56,389 bases of DNA from Clostridiales bacterium (GTDB taxonomy: Bacteria > Bacillota > Clostridia > Lachnospirales > Lachnospiraceae): contig JAQXLK010000156.1 in the NCBI GenBank assembly GCA_029012085.1, forward strand, positions 1-56,389, in the 5' to 3' direction. Each line of letters opens with the position of its first letter. Positions within the stretch are counted from its first letter, which is position 1. Positions 43,691 to 51,429 of this stretch are shown in pieces. The notes beneath the pieces are model-generated. The model was not told where the DNA came from. It did not search any database and worked only from the letters and a program-made list of their open reading frames with translations. The translations under genes and the position numbers were made by a program.

Positions 43691-44132
43691 CTTCTCTGCC
43701 TCCCTTCAATATCTGTCGTAAAATCCTTGCATATCGTCTGGAAATCATAACCTGCTCATCATTTTCCATGGTGGCACAAATCCGGTTTCCCGGTTCACTT
43801 TTCAGATAGGATATTTTGTAAATATTGATTACCATAGACTTGGAACAACGAAACATCCCCCTATCCTCGTAACGGATTGCCAGCCGTTCCAGACTGTCAT
43901 TTACCTTACACACCATATCCTTTAGATAAGCATAGGTTGTACCATCCACACTTTCAAAATAATAGATTTGCTCCGGAAGCAGAAAAAGCTGTCTGCCATC
44001 TTCATACCCTTCGATTCGTTTCCCGGATGACTGTACAATAGAAGCAATCGCTTCCACCTCGTCATTCATCTGCCGGTAGCGGATGATTACCTCATCCTCG
44101 CCCTCTGTAATTTGTTTCATGGTAAGCTTCAT
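43683..44132 (-). CDS. LytTR-family DNA-binding protein (no receiver domain)
   Basis: The LytTR core is IYYFESVDGTTYAYLKDMVCKVNDSLERLAIRYEDRGMFRCSKSMVINIYKISYL. Confidence 0.8.
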   Translation of the reverse strand: MKLTMKQITEGEDEVIIRYRQMNDEVEAIASIVQSSGKRIEGYEDGRQLFLLPEQIYYFESVDGTTYAYLKDMVCKVNDSLERLAIRYEDRGMFRCSKSMVINIYKISYLKSEPGNRICATMENDEQVMISRRYARILRQILKGGREDE

Positions 44133-44167
44133 AAATCTTCCCCTTACTTGTCTTCGTTCGCATGACT

Positions 44168-44295
44168 ACGTATAAGCGCTCACCTCGTAACCTCCGGTTA
44201 CTCGGTGTTCGTTGCACTCACATAACTTTCGATGAAACCGCTTGCCTGCAAGCAGCCATCGGTTTCATTCGAAAGTTGCGTTCGCGCTTATACGT
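44168..44295 (-). other. 128-nt nested-hairpin element: candidate structured 5' leader RNA of the LytTR operon
   Basis: The outer 12-bp stem is acgtataagcgc (44168-44179) with gcgcttatacgt (44284-44295). Two inner hairpins sit inside it. One is a 12-bp stem whose 2x2 internal loop is tandem G-A only in the minus-strand RNA. The other is a 17-bp stem with one bulged nucleotide, capped by a small gcttg-cctg-caagc hairpin. Confidence 0.4.
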
Positions 44296-44297
44296 TC

Positions 44298-44325
44298 ATT
44301 ATACAAAAAATAACGGTCCCCGCAA
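44298..44325 (-). promoter_or_regulatory. Candidate sigma-A promoter for the LytTR operon
   Basis: On the minus strand: TTGCGG (44325-44320), a 16-nt spacer, then TATAAT (44303-44298). This would place the transcription start at the edge of the nested hairpin. Confidence 0.3.
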
Positions 44326-44339
44326 TAGAGGAACCGTTA
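44304..44339 (-). terminator. Intrinsic terminator after the HipA-like gene (inside 61-nt repeat copy A, 44306-44366)
   Basis: In the minus-strand RNA, uaacgguuc pairs with ggaccguua (9 bp including one G-U that would be a C-A mismatch on the + strand), followed by UUUUUUG. Confidence 0.8.
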
Positions 44340-44371
44340 TGTTGCAGTTTTTATGCTTTAAGATGCAGTAT

Positions 44372-45187
44372 TTATTCTTTTACGAACAAATATTGATACT
44401 TTTCCATCTGCGCATAAATAATATTCTCTACTCTCGTTCTTATCTCTGCCGAATAAATATCCGCAGCATCCAGCAAATTTCTTACATCCTTTTTCGTAAA
44501 ATAAAATTTAAGATTTCCCTTATACAAGGCTTCTGAAATGTCAAGCTGCTCATCAAAATCGTCACAGATTGTTTTAGCCTTGACACTACTCATATGCTCA
44601 TAAATATCTCCTTCAAGCGGATAATCCATTGTAGTATCTGACAAAACACCCGCACCATTATCAAATATTGGACAAACCATAAATTCTCCATTTTCATTCA
44701 TCAGTACTGCAATATTATGCGTATGTCTGTCTTCATTAAAAAAGAAGGCGTCCACCGTAAAAAGCTTGTTCATGTATATGCCAAAGTCTTTCAGACCTGT
44801 AATCCGTTCTGCCTGATTCACCAAAAACAACAATCTCTCTCTATAATCCTTAATTTTATATATAGATGCATACAAACTCTCATCAAAAAAATTTTGAAAT
44901 AAGCGCTCTAACGTGATAATCTGCCAACCTTTCTTTAAAAAATTGCAGCTTTTCACACCGTTGTATATTATTTTCTTATATCTAATTTGCTCTAAATCAT
45001 AAAGAACATATTCTTCTTCCAATAGTGTTGATTTTGTAAGAAGGTGAGAGATTACATATTCAGCCAGGCCCTCATAACCTGTATAGTCTGCCTTATACCA
45101 AATACCGTTTGTTTCCCACTTCAATTGATTTCCTTTAGAGGACTGTCGGTCATTTGTTTTCACATCCTGTTCAAATAGTGTAATCAT
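44372..45187 (-). CDS. HipA-family serine/threonine kinase toxin, short (HipT-like, lacks the HipA N-terminal subdomain)
   Basis: 271 aa. The Gly-rich loop-like segment is DRQSSKGNQLKW. The catalytic motif NEDRHTHNIAVL matches D-x-H-x-x-N. The Mg-binding-like segment is CPIFDNGAG. Confidence 0.75.
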   Translation of the reverse strand: MITLFEQDVKTNDRQSSKGNQLKWETNGIWYKADYTGYEGLAEYVISHLLTKSTLLEEEYVLYDLEQIRYKKIIYNGVKSCNFLKKGWQIITLERLFQNFFDESLYASIYKIKDYRERLLFLVNQAERITGLKDFGIYMNKLFTVDAFFFNEDRHTHNIAVLMNENGEFMVCPIFDNGAGVLSDTTMDYPLEGDIYEHMSSVKAKTICDDFDEQLDISEALYKGNLKFYFTKKDVRNLLDAADIYSAEIRTRVENIIYAQMEKYQYLFVKE

Positions 45188-45191
45188 TGCA

Positions 45192-45740
45192 TCACCTCTC
45201 TATTCGAATCCAAAAATCATCCTCTGCCATTCTCCCTTCTGTCTTTTCGATAATCATAAAAGGGTCATAAAACGGCAAATCCAAATCCTTCAATATAAGT
45301 TTCATCTTGTCTCTGCTTTTGGGAAAACATCTCGACTCTAAAAAATCTGTGTACATTTTATAATCCGGATGCTCCTCTTTGCCAAATGCACGAAACATTA
45401 CATTATCTGTGTAATTTTTTATAATAACCTGCTGATTTACCTCATCTACGTCAATCACGGTACACACTGTTTGATTATGCATATACCATAACCTGAGAGG
45501 ATAGTTTTTTTCCGGTACCTTGAGCTTATTCACAAATTCAGGTTCTCTTTCCAACAATTTTAACAATAGTACAATTGGTCCCACAATGGGTTCACTACTC
45601 GTCTCCCATCTCTCCACAGTTGACTTAGAACAGTTAACCAGCAGGGCAAACTCCTTCTGCGTAAGTCCCAATTGCTTTCTAATATTCTTTATTTCATTTG
45701 CTGTTATATATTCTGGTGTCACAAAGAGTTTTTTTAGCAA
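45192..45740 (-). CDS. XRE-type HTH fused to a HipA-N-terminal (HipS-like) domain; putative antitoxin
   Basis: TTG start 5 nt after GGAGGTG. The HTH is IKNIRKQLGLTQKEFALLVNCSKSTVERWE. The C-terminal half (LWYMHNQTVCTVIDVD...FLESRCFPKSRDKMKLILKDLDL...MIIEKTEGRMAEDDFWIRI) follows the pattern of the HipA N-terminal domain. Confidence 0.75.
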   Translation of the reverse strand: MLKKLFVTPEYITANEIKNIRKQLGLTQKEFALLVNCSKSTVERWETSSEPIVGPIVLLLKLLEREPEFVNKLKVPEKNYPLRLWYMHNQTVCTVIDVDEVNQQVIIKNYTDNVMFRAFGKEEHPDYKMYTDFLESRCFPKSRDKMKLILKDLDLPFYDPFMIIEKTEGRMAEDDFWIRIER

Positions 45741-45757
45741 AAAAACACCTCCATTAC

Positions 45758-45813
45758 AAAACCTTTATTTTAATGGTTTTTCTTTTTGCAAAAACCTTTA
45801 TTTTGATGGTTTT
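45758..45813 (-). promoter_or_regulatory. Two copies of an AAAACC-N11-GGTTTT inverted repeat (candidate operators of the HTH antitoxin)
   Basis: Copy 1 is at 45758-45780 and copy 2 at 45791-45813. The surrounding 24 nt are nearly identical, and the centres are 33 nt apart. They lie between the candidate -10 box and the RBS. Confidence 0.45.
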
Positions 45814-45816
45814 TTT

Positions 45817-45845
45817 ATTATACCTCAAAAACAAGAAAATATCAC
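45817..45845 (-). promoter_or_regulatory. Candidate sigma-A promoter of the toxin-antitoxin operon
   Basis: On the minus strand: GTGATA (45845-45840), a 17-nt spacer, then TATAAT (45822-45817). Confidence 0.35.
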
Positions 45846-45907
45846 TATTTTTTTGAAAAGTTTTTTTGCAGAACTTCAGTGTTGATTCGGAATGACATAT
45901 ATGTACT

Positions 45908-45943
45908 AGAAAAATAACGGCTCACGCAATAGCGGAACCGTTA
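45908..45943 (-). terminator. Intrinsic terminator after the 46004..46663 gene (inside 61-nt repeat copy B, 45910-45970)
   Basis: In the minus-strand RNA, uaacgguuc pairs with gagccguua (9 bp, one G-U), followed by UUUUUC. Confidence 0.8.
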
Positions 45944-46003
45944 AGTTGCAGTTTTCACCCTATAAGATGCTTTTTTTATTAAATAACTGTAAATCAGCAG
46001 GAA

Positions 46004-46663
46004 TCAGAGATTTTTATCCAGCCTCACACGAAAGAACTGAATCAGCGGCCCGTTAAACAGACAATTTAAAACAGTCCCCAAACCCACCACTGTCCAAATA
46101 GAGTTTCCGGCAATCAGAGAAAATATCACTCCAACAACCATCACTGTTACATCCGAACCGATTCGTCCTGCTTTAAAGGATACTTTATCTTTCGTCAGCT
46201 TCATAACGATAAATGCCACACTGTCGTAAGGAGCAATTCCCATATCTGCCGCCATATACATGGCAGCTCCCACTGTAAGAAGCAGCATAGCAACTGCAAG
46301 CAGACAGAACCTTAATGGCAATACCACAGATATAGAAAGCTGCTCCTGTACAATCCAGCACACAAAATCTGCAATATATCCTACAAATACCATATTAATT
46401 ACCGTTCCCATACCAATGCAATGACGCACGGTAAAGAAAACAACAATCAATACAGCAATATTCATAATGAGCTGCCAGTTACCAAAGCTCATTCCCAAAT
46501 ACTTACTGATTGCCAGATTCATGCAAGTAAATGGATCCACTCCAAAACCTGCTATACGATATGCTCCCACAGCAATTCCGATAAGGAAAATGCCGAACAG
46601 CATATAAAATACTCTCTTTCCTTGTATCTTCATCTTTTTCTTTGTATTTTCATCTTTTACCAC
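46004..46663 (-). CDS. YczE/YitT-like multi-pass membrane protein
   Basis: 219 aa with about six hydrophobic helices and a pattern (GIAVGAYRIAGFGVDPF) like the YczE/YyaS family. The start is uncertain: GTG at 46663 or ATG at 46633. Confidence 0.6.
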   Translation of the reverse strand: MVKDENTKKKMKIQGKRVFYMLFGIFLIGIAVGAYRIAGFGVDPFTCMNLAISKYLGMSFGNWQLIMNIAVLIVVFFTVRHCIGMGTVINMVFVGYIADFVCWIVQEQLSISVVLPLRFCLLAVAMLLLTVGAAMYMAADMGIAPYDSVAFIVMKLTKDKVSFKAGRIGSDVTVMVVGVIFSLIAGNSIWTVVGLGTVLNCLFNGPLIQFFRVRLDKNL

Positions 46664-47457
46664 GTACGGGAATTCAACTCTCTAAACTGGGCAACGGTTG
46701 AAACATGAGAATTCAGACCGCCGTCCACATTAACAATCTGTCCGCTCACATAAGCACTCTCATCGGATGCAAGATATACACACATATGTCCGATATCCTC
46801 TGGGCAACCGTAGCGGTTCACCATAATATTGCTAAGGAAGACATCCTTAAGTGCCTGAGGAACATGTGCCTCGTTCTGCGGTGTAACAATCAATCCCGGA
46901 CGCACACAGTTACAACGAATATTCTGCTTACCATACTGCAAAGCGGTAGACTGGGTCAGCATATCCACACCGGCCTTTGCACAGGCATAAGCTGTAGAAC
47001 CAAGGTCTCCTCCACAGGAAGCCATAGAACCAATATTGATGATAGAGCCGCCTTCATTCTTCTGCATATATGGAAGAACACACTTGGTAGCATAAAATTT
47101 TCCACGCATATCACTCTGGAATACAGCATCCCACATTTCCAGAGTCAATTCATCCACACGACCATCTTTCAAACCTACATTAGCAGCATTATTTACAAGA
47201 ATATCAATCTTTCCATATTTCTCAGCAGTATCCGCAAAAAGCTTATCCACACTTTCCATAACTGTCATATCCATAAAATGATACCAGGCTTCTCCGCCGT
47301 CTTTTGCAATGCTGTCCACAACAGCCTGCCCCTTCTCCTCACGACGTCCACAGATGACTACCTTTGCGCCCTCAGCAGCAAACAATCTGGCAATACCAAC
47401 ACCAATTCCACTGGTAGAACCCGTAACAATCGCAACTTTGTCTTTCAATCTGTCCAT
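46657..47457 (-). CDS. SDR-family oxidoreductase
   Basis: TGSTSGIG, NNAA, YACAKAG (YxxxK), 266 aa. Confidence 0.9.
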   Translation of the reverse strand: MDRLKDKVAIVTGSTSGIGVGIARLFAAEGAKVVICGRREEKGQAVVDSIAKDGGEAWYHFMDMTVMESVDKLFADTAEKYGKIDILVNNAANVGLKDGRVDELTLEMWDAVFQSDMRGKFYATKCVLPYMQKNEGGSIINIGSMASCGGDLGSTAYACAKAGVDMLTQSTALQYGKQNIRCNCVRPGLIVTPQNEAHVPQALKDVFLSNIMVNRYGCPEDIGHMCVYLASDESAYVSGQIVNVDGGLNSHVSTVAQFRELNSRTW

Positions 47458-47599
47458 AGTAAAACCCTCCTTGATTGCTTATTTATTACTGCTCATCAAA
47501 CTTTAAAGATGAGACAGTATGGTATTATTCACTCTGATATGGTATCGAGTGTATAAATCCTAACATCTTAAATATATCGCAATTACACTAAGAACGCAA

Positions 47600-49060
47600 T
47601 TATTTCGAAGCAAAAATGCTTTTTCCTTCTTTTATTAACTGCTCTACAACTTTGGATACATCATCCAGAATTCTTATGAGTTCAACTGAGGATGACTTGA
47701 TTTCCTCCATGTATTCCCTTGCCTTTTCCTCGTTACCATTCTGAATTGCAGATATAATAAAGTGACCTTTTTCATGGAATTCTGCATGAAGCTTCTCTAT
47801 TTTGCCCCACTCATCTGCAATAATAGGGTTTTTGATAGGAACTGCATAATAATAATGTCCAAATGCACACTTGCGCGAATTCAGCTGTAATGGACTGACC
47901 TTCATGTCATTAACCATCTGTTCTGCTGTTTCTATCCACTTTACATGTGCATTTTTTGCCTTTTCAATAATACCAATAAACTCCTCATTGGAAATCATTA
48001 CAATTCCATCACCCATTCCCTTATACAATTCGGTTGTCACATCTGATATTTTATCATCAATATCTGCGATTTTGCTTGCATAGGTAACACTATCATCTGC
48101 CGACCGCTTGATTATATGTGTAAGATCGGTAAGGTGTTCTGCATCATTACTGCACTGTTCCATTGCCGCATTAATTTCATCGGCAGCAGAACGGATTGCC
48201 TGCATGCTGTCATTGATTTCATTCACGCTGCTAATTACCTTGTTCAGCATTCCAATATTTTCCCCAACTGTTTTACCAACCTGATCGATTTTTCCACTCA
48301 TCTGATCAACCGATTCCACGGCACGTTCCATGCTATCTTTTCCCTGTTCAGATGCTTCTAGTATTTTTCCAACAAATTCTTTCATATTCGTAAGTTCATA
48401 CTTCGTACTATCCGCCAACTGCCGTACTTCTTCTGCTACTACAGCAAATCCTCTTCCATGCTCTCCTGCCCTTGCAGCTTCAATCGATGCATTTAATGCA
48501 AGAAGATTTGTCTGTCCGGCAATACCGCCCACACTTTCTACAATGTCCTCAATTCCTTTTACAAGTTCGACCAGCTGTGACATTTTTTCTTTCAGCACAT
48601 TGGTATCCTGATACAAATTATCCTTAAGAATACCGACTTCATTTAAAAGGTCATTACTCTCATTATTTTTCTTTTCCAAATAATGAGATTCCTCGGCCAG
48701 CAGGCTTAATGTTTGTGTAGTCTGCCCGATATTATCATTCACTTGACTCATCGTTGCATTGGTTTCCTCAACTACTGCCAAATTCGATTCACTAACATCT
48801 GCCATTTCTACCGAAAAATCTTTTAATCCATTTGAAATATGCGCAAGACCCACATCAAATGTTGATAACGAGCTTGCTGTTTCCATAAGATTCATGGAAG
48901 AAACTGCCATACGCCCGCTGTTTTCAAGCAAAATCTCTATTACTGCTTCCAACTCAGCAGCTTCAGAGGTTCCCATAACAGGTCTTTCCGGTTCCTTTCC
49001 GGACAGGTAATCCTGCAAATATTCAGTTAAATTATGTATATCCTTTTTTATTCCAGCCAT
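47600..49060 (-). CDS. Soluble methyl-accepting chemotaxis protein with C-terminal CZB (chemoreceptor zinc-binding) domain
   Basis: No TM helix is present. The signalling core is [37 protein letters not shown]. The C-terminal HVKW...CAFGHYYY...HAEFHEKGH fits the CZB H-x3-W...C-x-F-G...H-x3-H pattern. Confidence 0.9.
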   Translation of the reverse strand: MAGIKKDIHNLTEYLQDYLSGKEPERPVMGTSEAAELEAVIEILLENSGRMAVSSMNLMETASSLSTFDVGLAHISNGLKDFSVEMADVSESNLAVVEETNATMSQVNDNIGQTTQTLSLLAEESHYLEKKNNESNDLLNEVGILKDNLYQDTNVLKEKMSQLVELVKGIEDIVESVGGIAGQTNLLALNASIEAARAGEHGRGFAVVAEEVRQLADSTKYELTNMKEFVGKILEASEQGKDSMERAVESVDQMSGKIDQVGKTVGENIGMLNKVISSVNEINDSMQAIRSAADEINAAMEQCSNDAEHLTDLTHIIKRSADDSVTYASKIADIDDKISDVTTELYKGMGDGIVMISNEEFIGIIEKAKNAHVKWIETAEQMVNDMKVSPLQLNSRKCAFGHYYYAVPIKNPIIADEWGKIEKLHAEFHEKGHFIISAIQNGNEEKAREYMEEIKSSSVELIRILDDVSKVVEQLIKEGKSIFASK

Positions 49061-49178
49061 ATAACTACCTCCAAACAGTTTTATTTAAACATCCATTCCT
49101 GTCTATAATTGTATCACAAATTTGTGATTGCAGGATACTCTTTTCTATTTTTTTAGTCCATTCTACTATTGTGTCAGA

Positions 49179-51191
49179 TTATTTTATTCTGATTGCTACA
49201 CTTGCTTTTTTATTGCTTCCATCAGTAGAAACGGCAGTAATGGTAACCGTCTTTCCTTTGCCGGCTTTTCTGGCAGTTACCTTCCCCTTCTTGCTTACAG
49301 TGGCTAAATGAGGATTAGAACTTTTCCATTTTAATGTCTTATTGACATTCTTTCCGGTGGTTTTGACTTTGGTCTTTAGAATCATGCTCCTTCCCACCTT
49401 TAAGGTATTTTTCGATGTTGTAACATGAATACCCCTTACGGCATCCTTCATAATCTTAATCTTTATAGATGCCTTCTTTCCGCTGCCGTCCACAGCCGTG
49501 GCTGTAACGGTCACAGTCTTTCCAGCTCCGGCCTTTTTCAATGAAACCCATCCCTTTTCATTTACCGTTGCATACTTATTGTTGCTGGTTTTCCATTGAA
49601 CCGCCGCATTGGATGCATGTTCCGGAAAAACATCGGCGATAAACTTCACCTTCTTTCCAGCTGCCAGTTTTTTAGATGGTGCAATAACCGTAATTTTCTC
49701 TACTTTTGCCGGTTGACTGTTTTCATTGCCATCCTGTTGATTTGAAGAATCCCCTTTTGTTTCCTGCGTATCATTTCCCGGCTGTTTTTGCGAATCGTTC
49801 TCCGTTCCCGGTGTATCCTTTTCCGGCTGTTTGGGAGTCTCCTCCGTTGTCTTGGTGGAATCCTCCTCTTCATTTTCATCCATATAGTCTAATATTTTTT
49901 CAATTTCCGAACTTAGCTGCACTCCCAGAAAACGGTATCCCTCTACGGATGGATGATAATTATCGCTGTCTACATAAATATCTGCGTTACCATTTTCCTT
50001 TTTATCTGCAACATTACCATTTCCTGTAATATAAAATTTACCATCCGGATTGCTGACATATCCTTCCGTTAAAATGGTTCCATCCCCTGCAATGGTATCA
50101 CCTGTCAATAAATCAATATACGGCAAACCATATTTTAATGCTACTGCTCTTAATTTCTGATCTAAATCCACATGTTTTTGCGGCAGATACTCATAACCGG
50201 TATGATGATACAGACCTATAATAATTACCTTTGTATCCGGAGCCTTTTCCTTCAAGTATGCATGACACCGCTCTGCTTCTGCTGCGATATCATCATTACT
50301 ATACCGGTCCACATCATTCGGTCCTCCCTCGATAAACAGGATGTCCGGCTTCACCTCTTCCACAGCATATACCAGCCGGTCATAAAATGTTGTAGCACTG
50401 CCAGCTGTTAAATACCCCGTCCCGCCAATTCCATTATTCATACATTCAAATCCCAGTATATGGGAAACAGTATTTGGATAACCCAGAATAGAATTCGCCT
50501 GTTTTGAATATTTATAGATGCACTGCGTAATACTGGTTCCTATAAAGTAAGCTTTGGGATTGCTTTCCCTTTCCAATTTCGATATGGTATCGGTCTCCCG
50601 CAGATAAACGCCCCAAAATGGAAGCATTAATTCAATCTTTATATTCCTCTTTTTCTTCTCTGAAAATTCCACCTTAAAATTCAGCCACTTATAAGGTTCG
50701 TCTGTAAACCCTTCATAGGACACTAGTTCATATCCATTGCCTTCATCTACCGAGATTCTAAAAAATGCAGAAGAATGAAATACAAAATCCTGACAGTCTG
50801 TCGTAAATTCAATTGCATAGGAATCGAGCCCTTTGGGTTCACCATTTACAAATCCACTTACACCGCTCATATTGTTAATGTTACTGACAAGTATAGAGTT
50901 ATAGGAAGTGTATATCGGATTTGTTTCTCCATTGATTTGTACAGGATGCAGCTTGTATGGACTATTCGCTATTGACTCTCTATAAATCGTCACTTCTGGT
51001 GGATTTTTCATTATTTTTAACTCTTTTTCTGCACTGTTTTCTTCCACTGTATCCACTTGTGCTGCCATGACAACATTATTTCCTATCACAATTGAAGTGC
51101 TGACTCCTAAAAGAATAGCCGTAATAACGGTCATAAGACTTGTTATGATAAGTGGCTCATGTCTTTTATTTGCAAATAACAGATTCTTCAT
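49179..51191 (-). CDS. Secreted SGNH/GDSL-family hydrolase with two C-terminal Big_2 domains
   Basis: An N-terminal signal anchor is present. The SGNH blocks are FIGTSITQ, GGPNDV and DNYHPS. A Glu/Thr/Pro-rich linker follows. The two Big_2-like repeats are AVQWKTSNNKYATVNEKGWVSLKKAGAGKTVTVTATA and LKWKSSNPHLATVSKKGKVTARKAGKGKTVTITAVS. Confidence 0.8.
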   Translation of the reverse strand: MKNLLFANKRHEPLIITSLMTVITAILLGVSTSIVIGNNVVMAAQVDTVEENSAEKELKIMKNPPEVTIYRESIANSPYKLHPVQINGETNPIYTSYNSILVSNINNMSGVSGFVNGEPKGLDSYAIEFTTDCQDFVFHSSAFFRISVDEGNGYELVSYEGFTDEPYKWLNFKVEFSEKKKRNIKIELMLPFWGVYLRETDTISKLERESNPKAYFIGTSITQCIYKYSKQANSILGYPNTVSHILGFECMNNGIGGTGYLTAGSATTFYDRLVYAVEEVKPDILFIEGGPNDVDRYSNDDIAAEAERCHAYLKEKAPDTKVIIIGLYHHTGYEYLPQKHVDLDQKLRAVALKYGLPYIDLLTGDTIAGDGTILTEGYVSNPDGKFYITGNGNVADKKENGNADIYVDSDNYHPSVEGYRFLGVQLSSEIEKILDYMDENEEEDSTKTTEETPKQPEKDTPGTENDSQKQPGNDTQETKGDSSNQQDGNENSQPAKVEKITVIAPSKKLAAGKKVKFIADVFPEHASNAAVQWKTSNNKYATVNEKGWVSLKKAGAGKTVTVTATAVDGSGKKASIKIKIMKDAVRGIHVTTSKNTLKVGRSMILKTKVKTTGKNVNKTLKWKSSNPHLATVSKKGKVTARKAGKGKTVTITAVSTDGSNKKASVAIRIK

Positions 51192-51278
51192 CTATTCCCC
51201 CCTTTTGCTAGCACTCTAACCTACTCATCCATAATATATCTCCTATAAATATTATACTATAATCTCTACAATTTTTCC

Positions 51279-51318
51279 AAAAAACTTTCCCCGAAAGCAC
51301 AATGCTTTCGGAGAAAGT
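51279..51318 (-). terminator. Intrinsic terminator closing the restriction-modification/OLD gene block
   Basis: actttccccgaaagc (51284-51298) pairs with gctttcggagaaagt (51304-51318). On the minus strand it is followed by TTTTTTGG. Confidence 0.7.
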
Positions 51319-51429
51319 TGTTGTTCTTAAATCTTGTATTGAATTATCTCTTTGTTAACATTTTGATAGCTTGAAAAGCCTTGGAATAATGGATCGGATG
51401 AGGATTAGTGTTCATAGTTTCATTGATAA

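Noticed and set aside
44168-44295. I considered whether the nested palindrome is an integron attC site marking the TA genes as an integron cassette.
   Set aside because: No integron integrase is present, there are no R''/R' core sites (RYYYAAC / GTTRRRY) at the ends, and there is only a single copy. The strand-specific tandem G-A loop and the adjacent promoter fit a transcribed leader better.
46705-47556. 283-aa plus-strand ORF, the longest unexplained ORF in the track.
   Set aside because: It is entirely antisense to the SDR gene 46657..47457, which has clear TGSTSGIG and YxxxK motifs. The antisense translation is low-complexity (His/Thr/Ile/Ser-rich) and has no recognisable motif or RBS.
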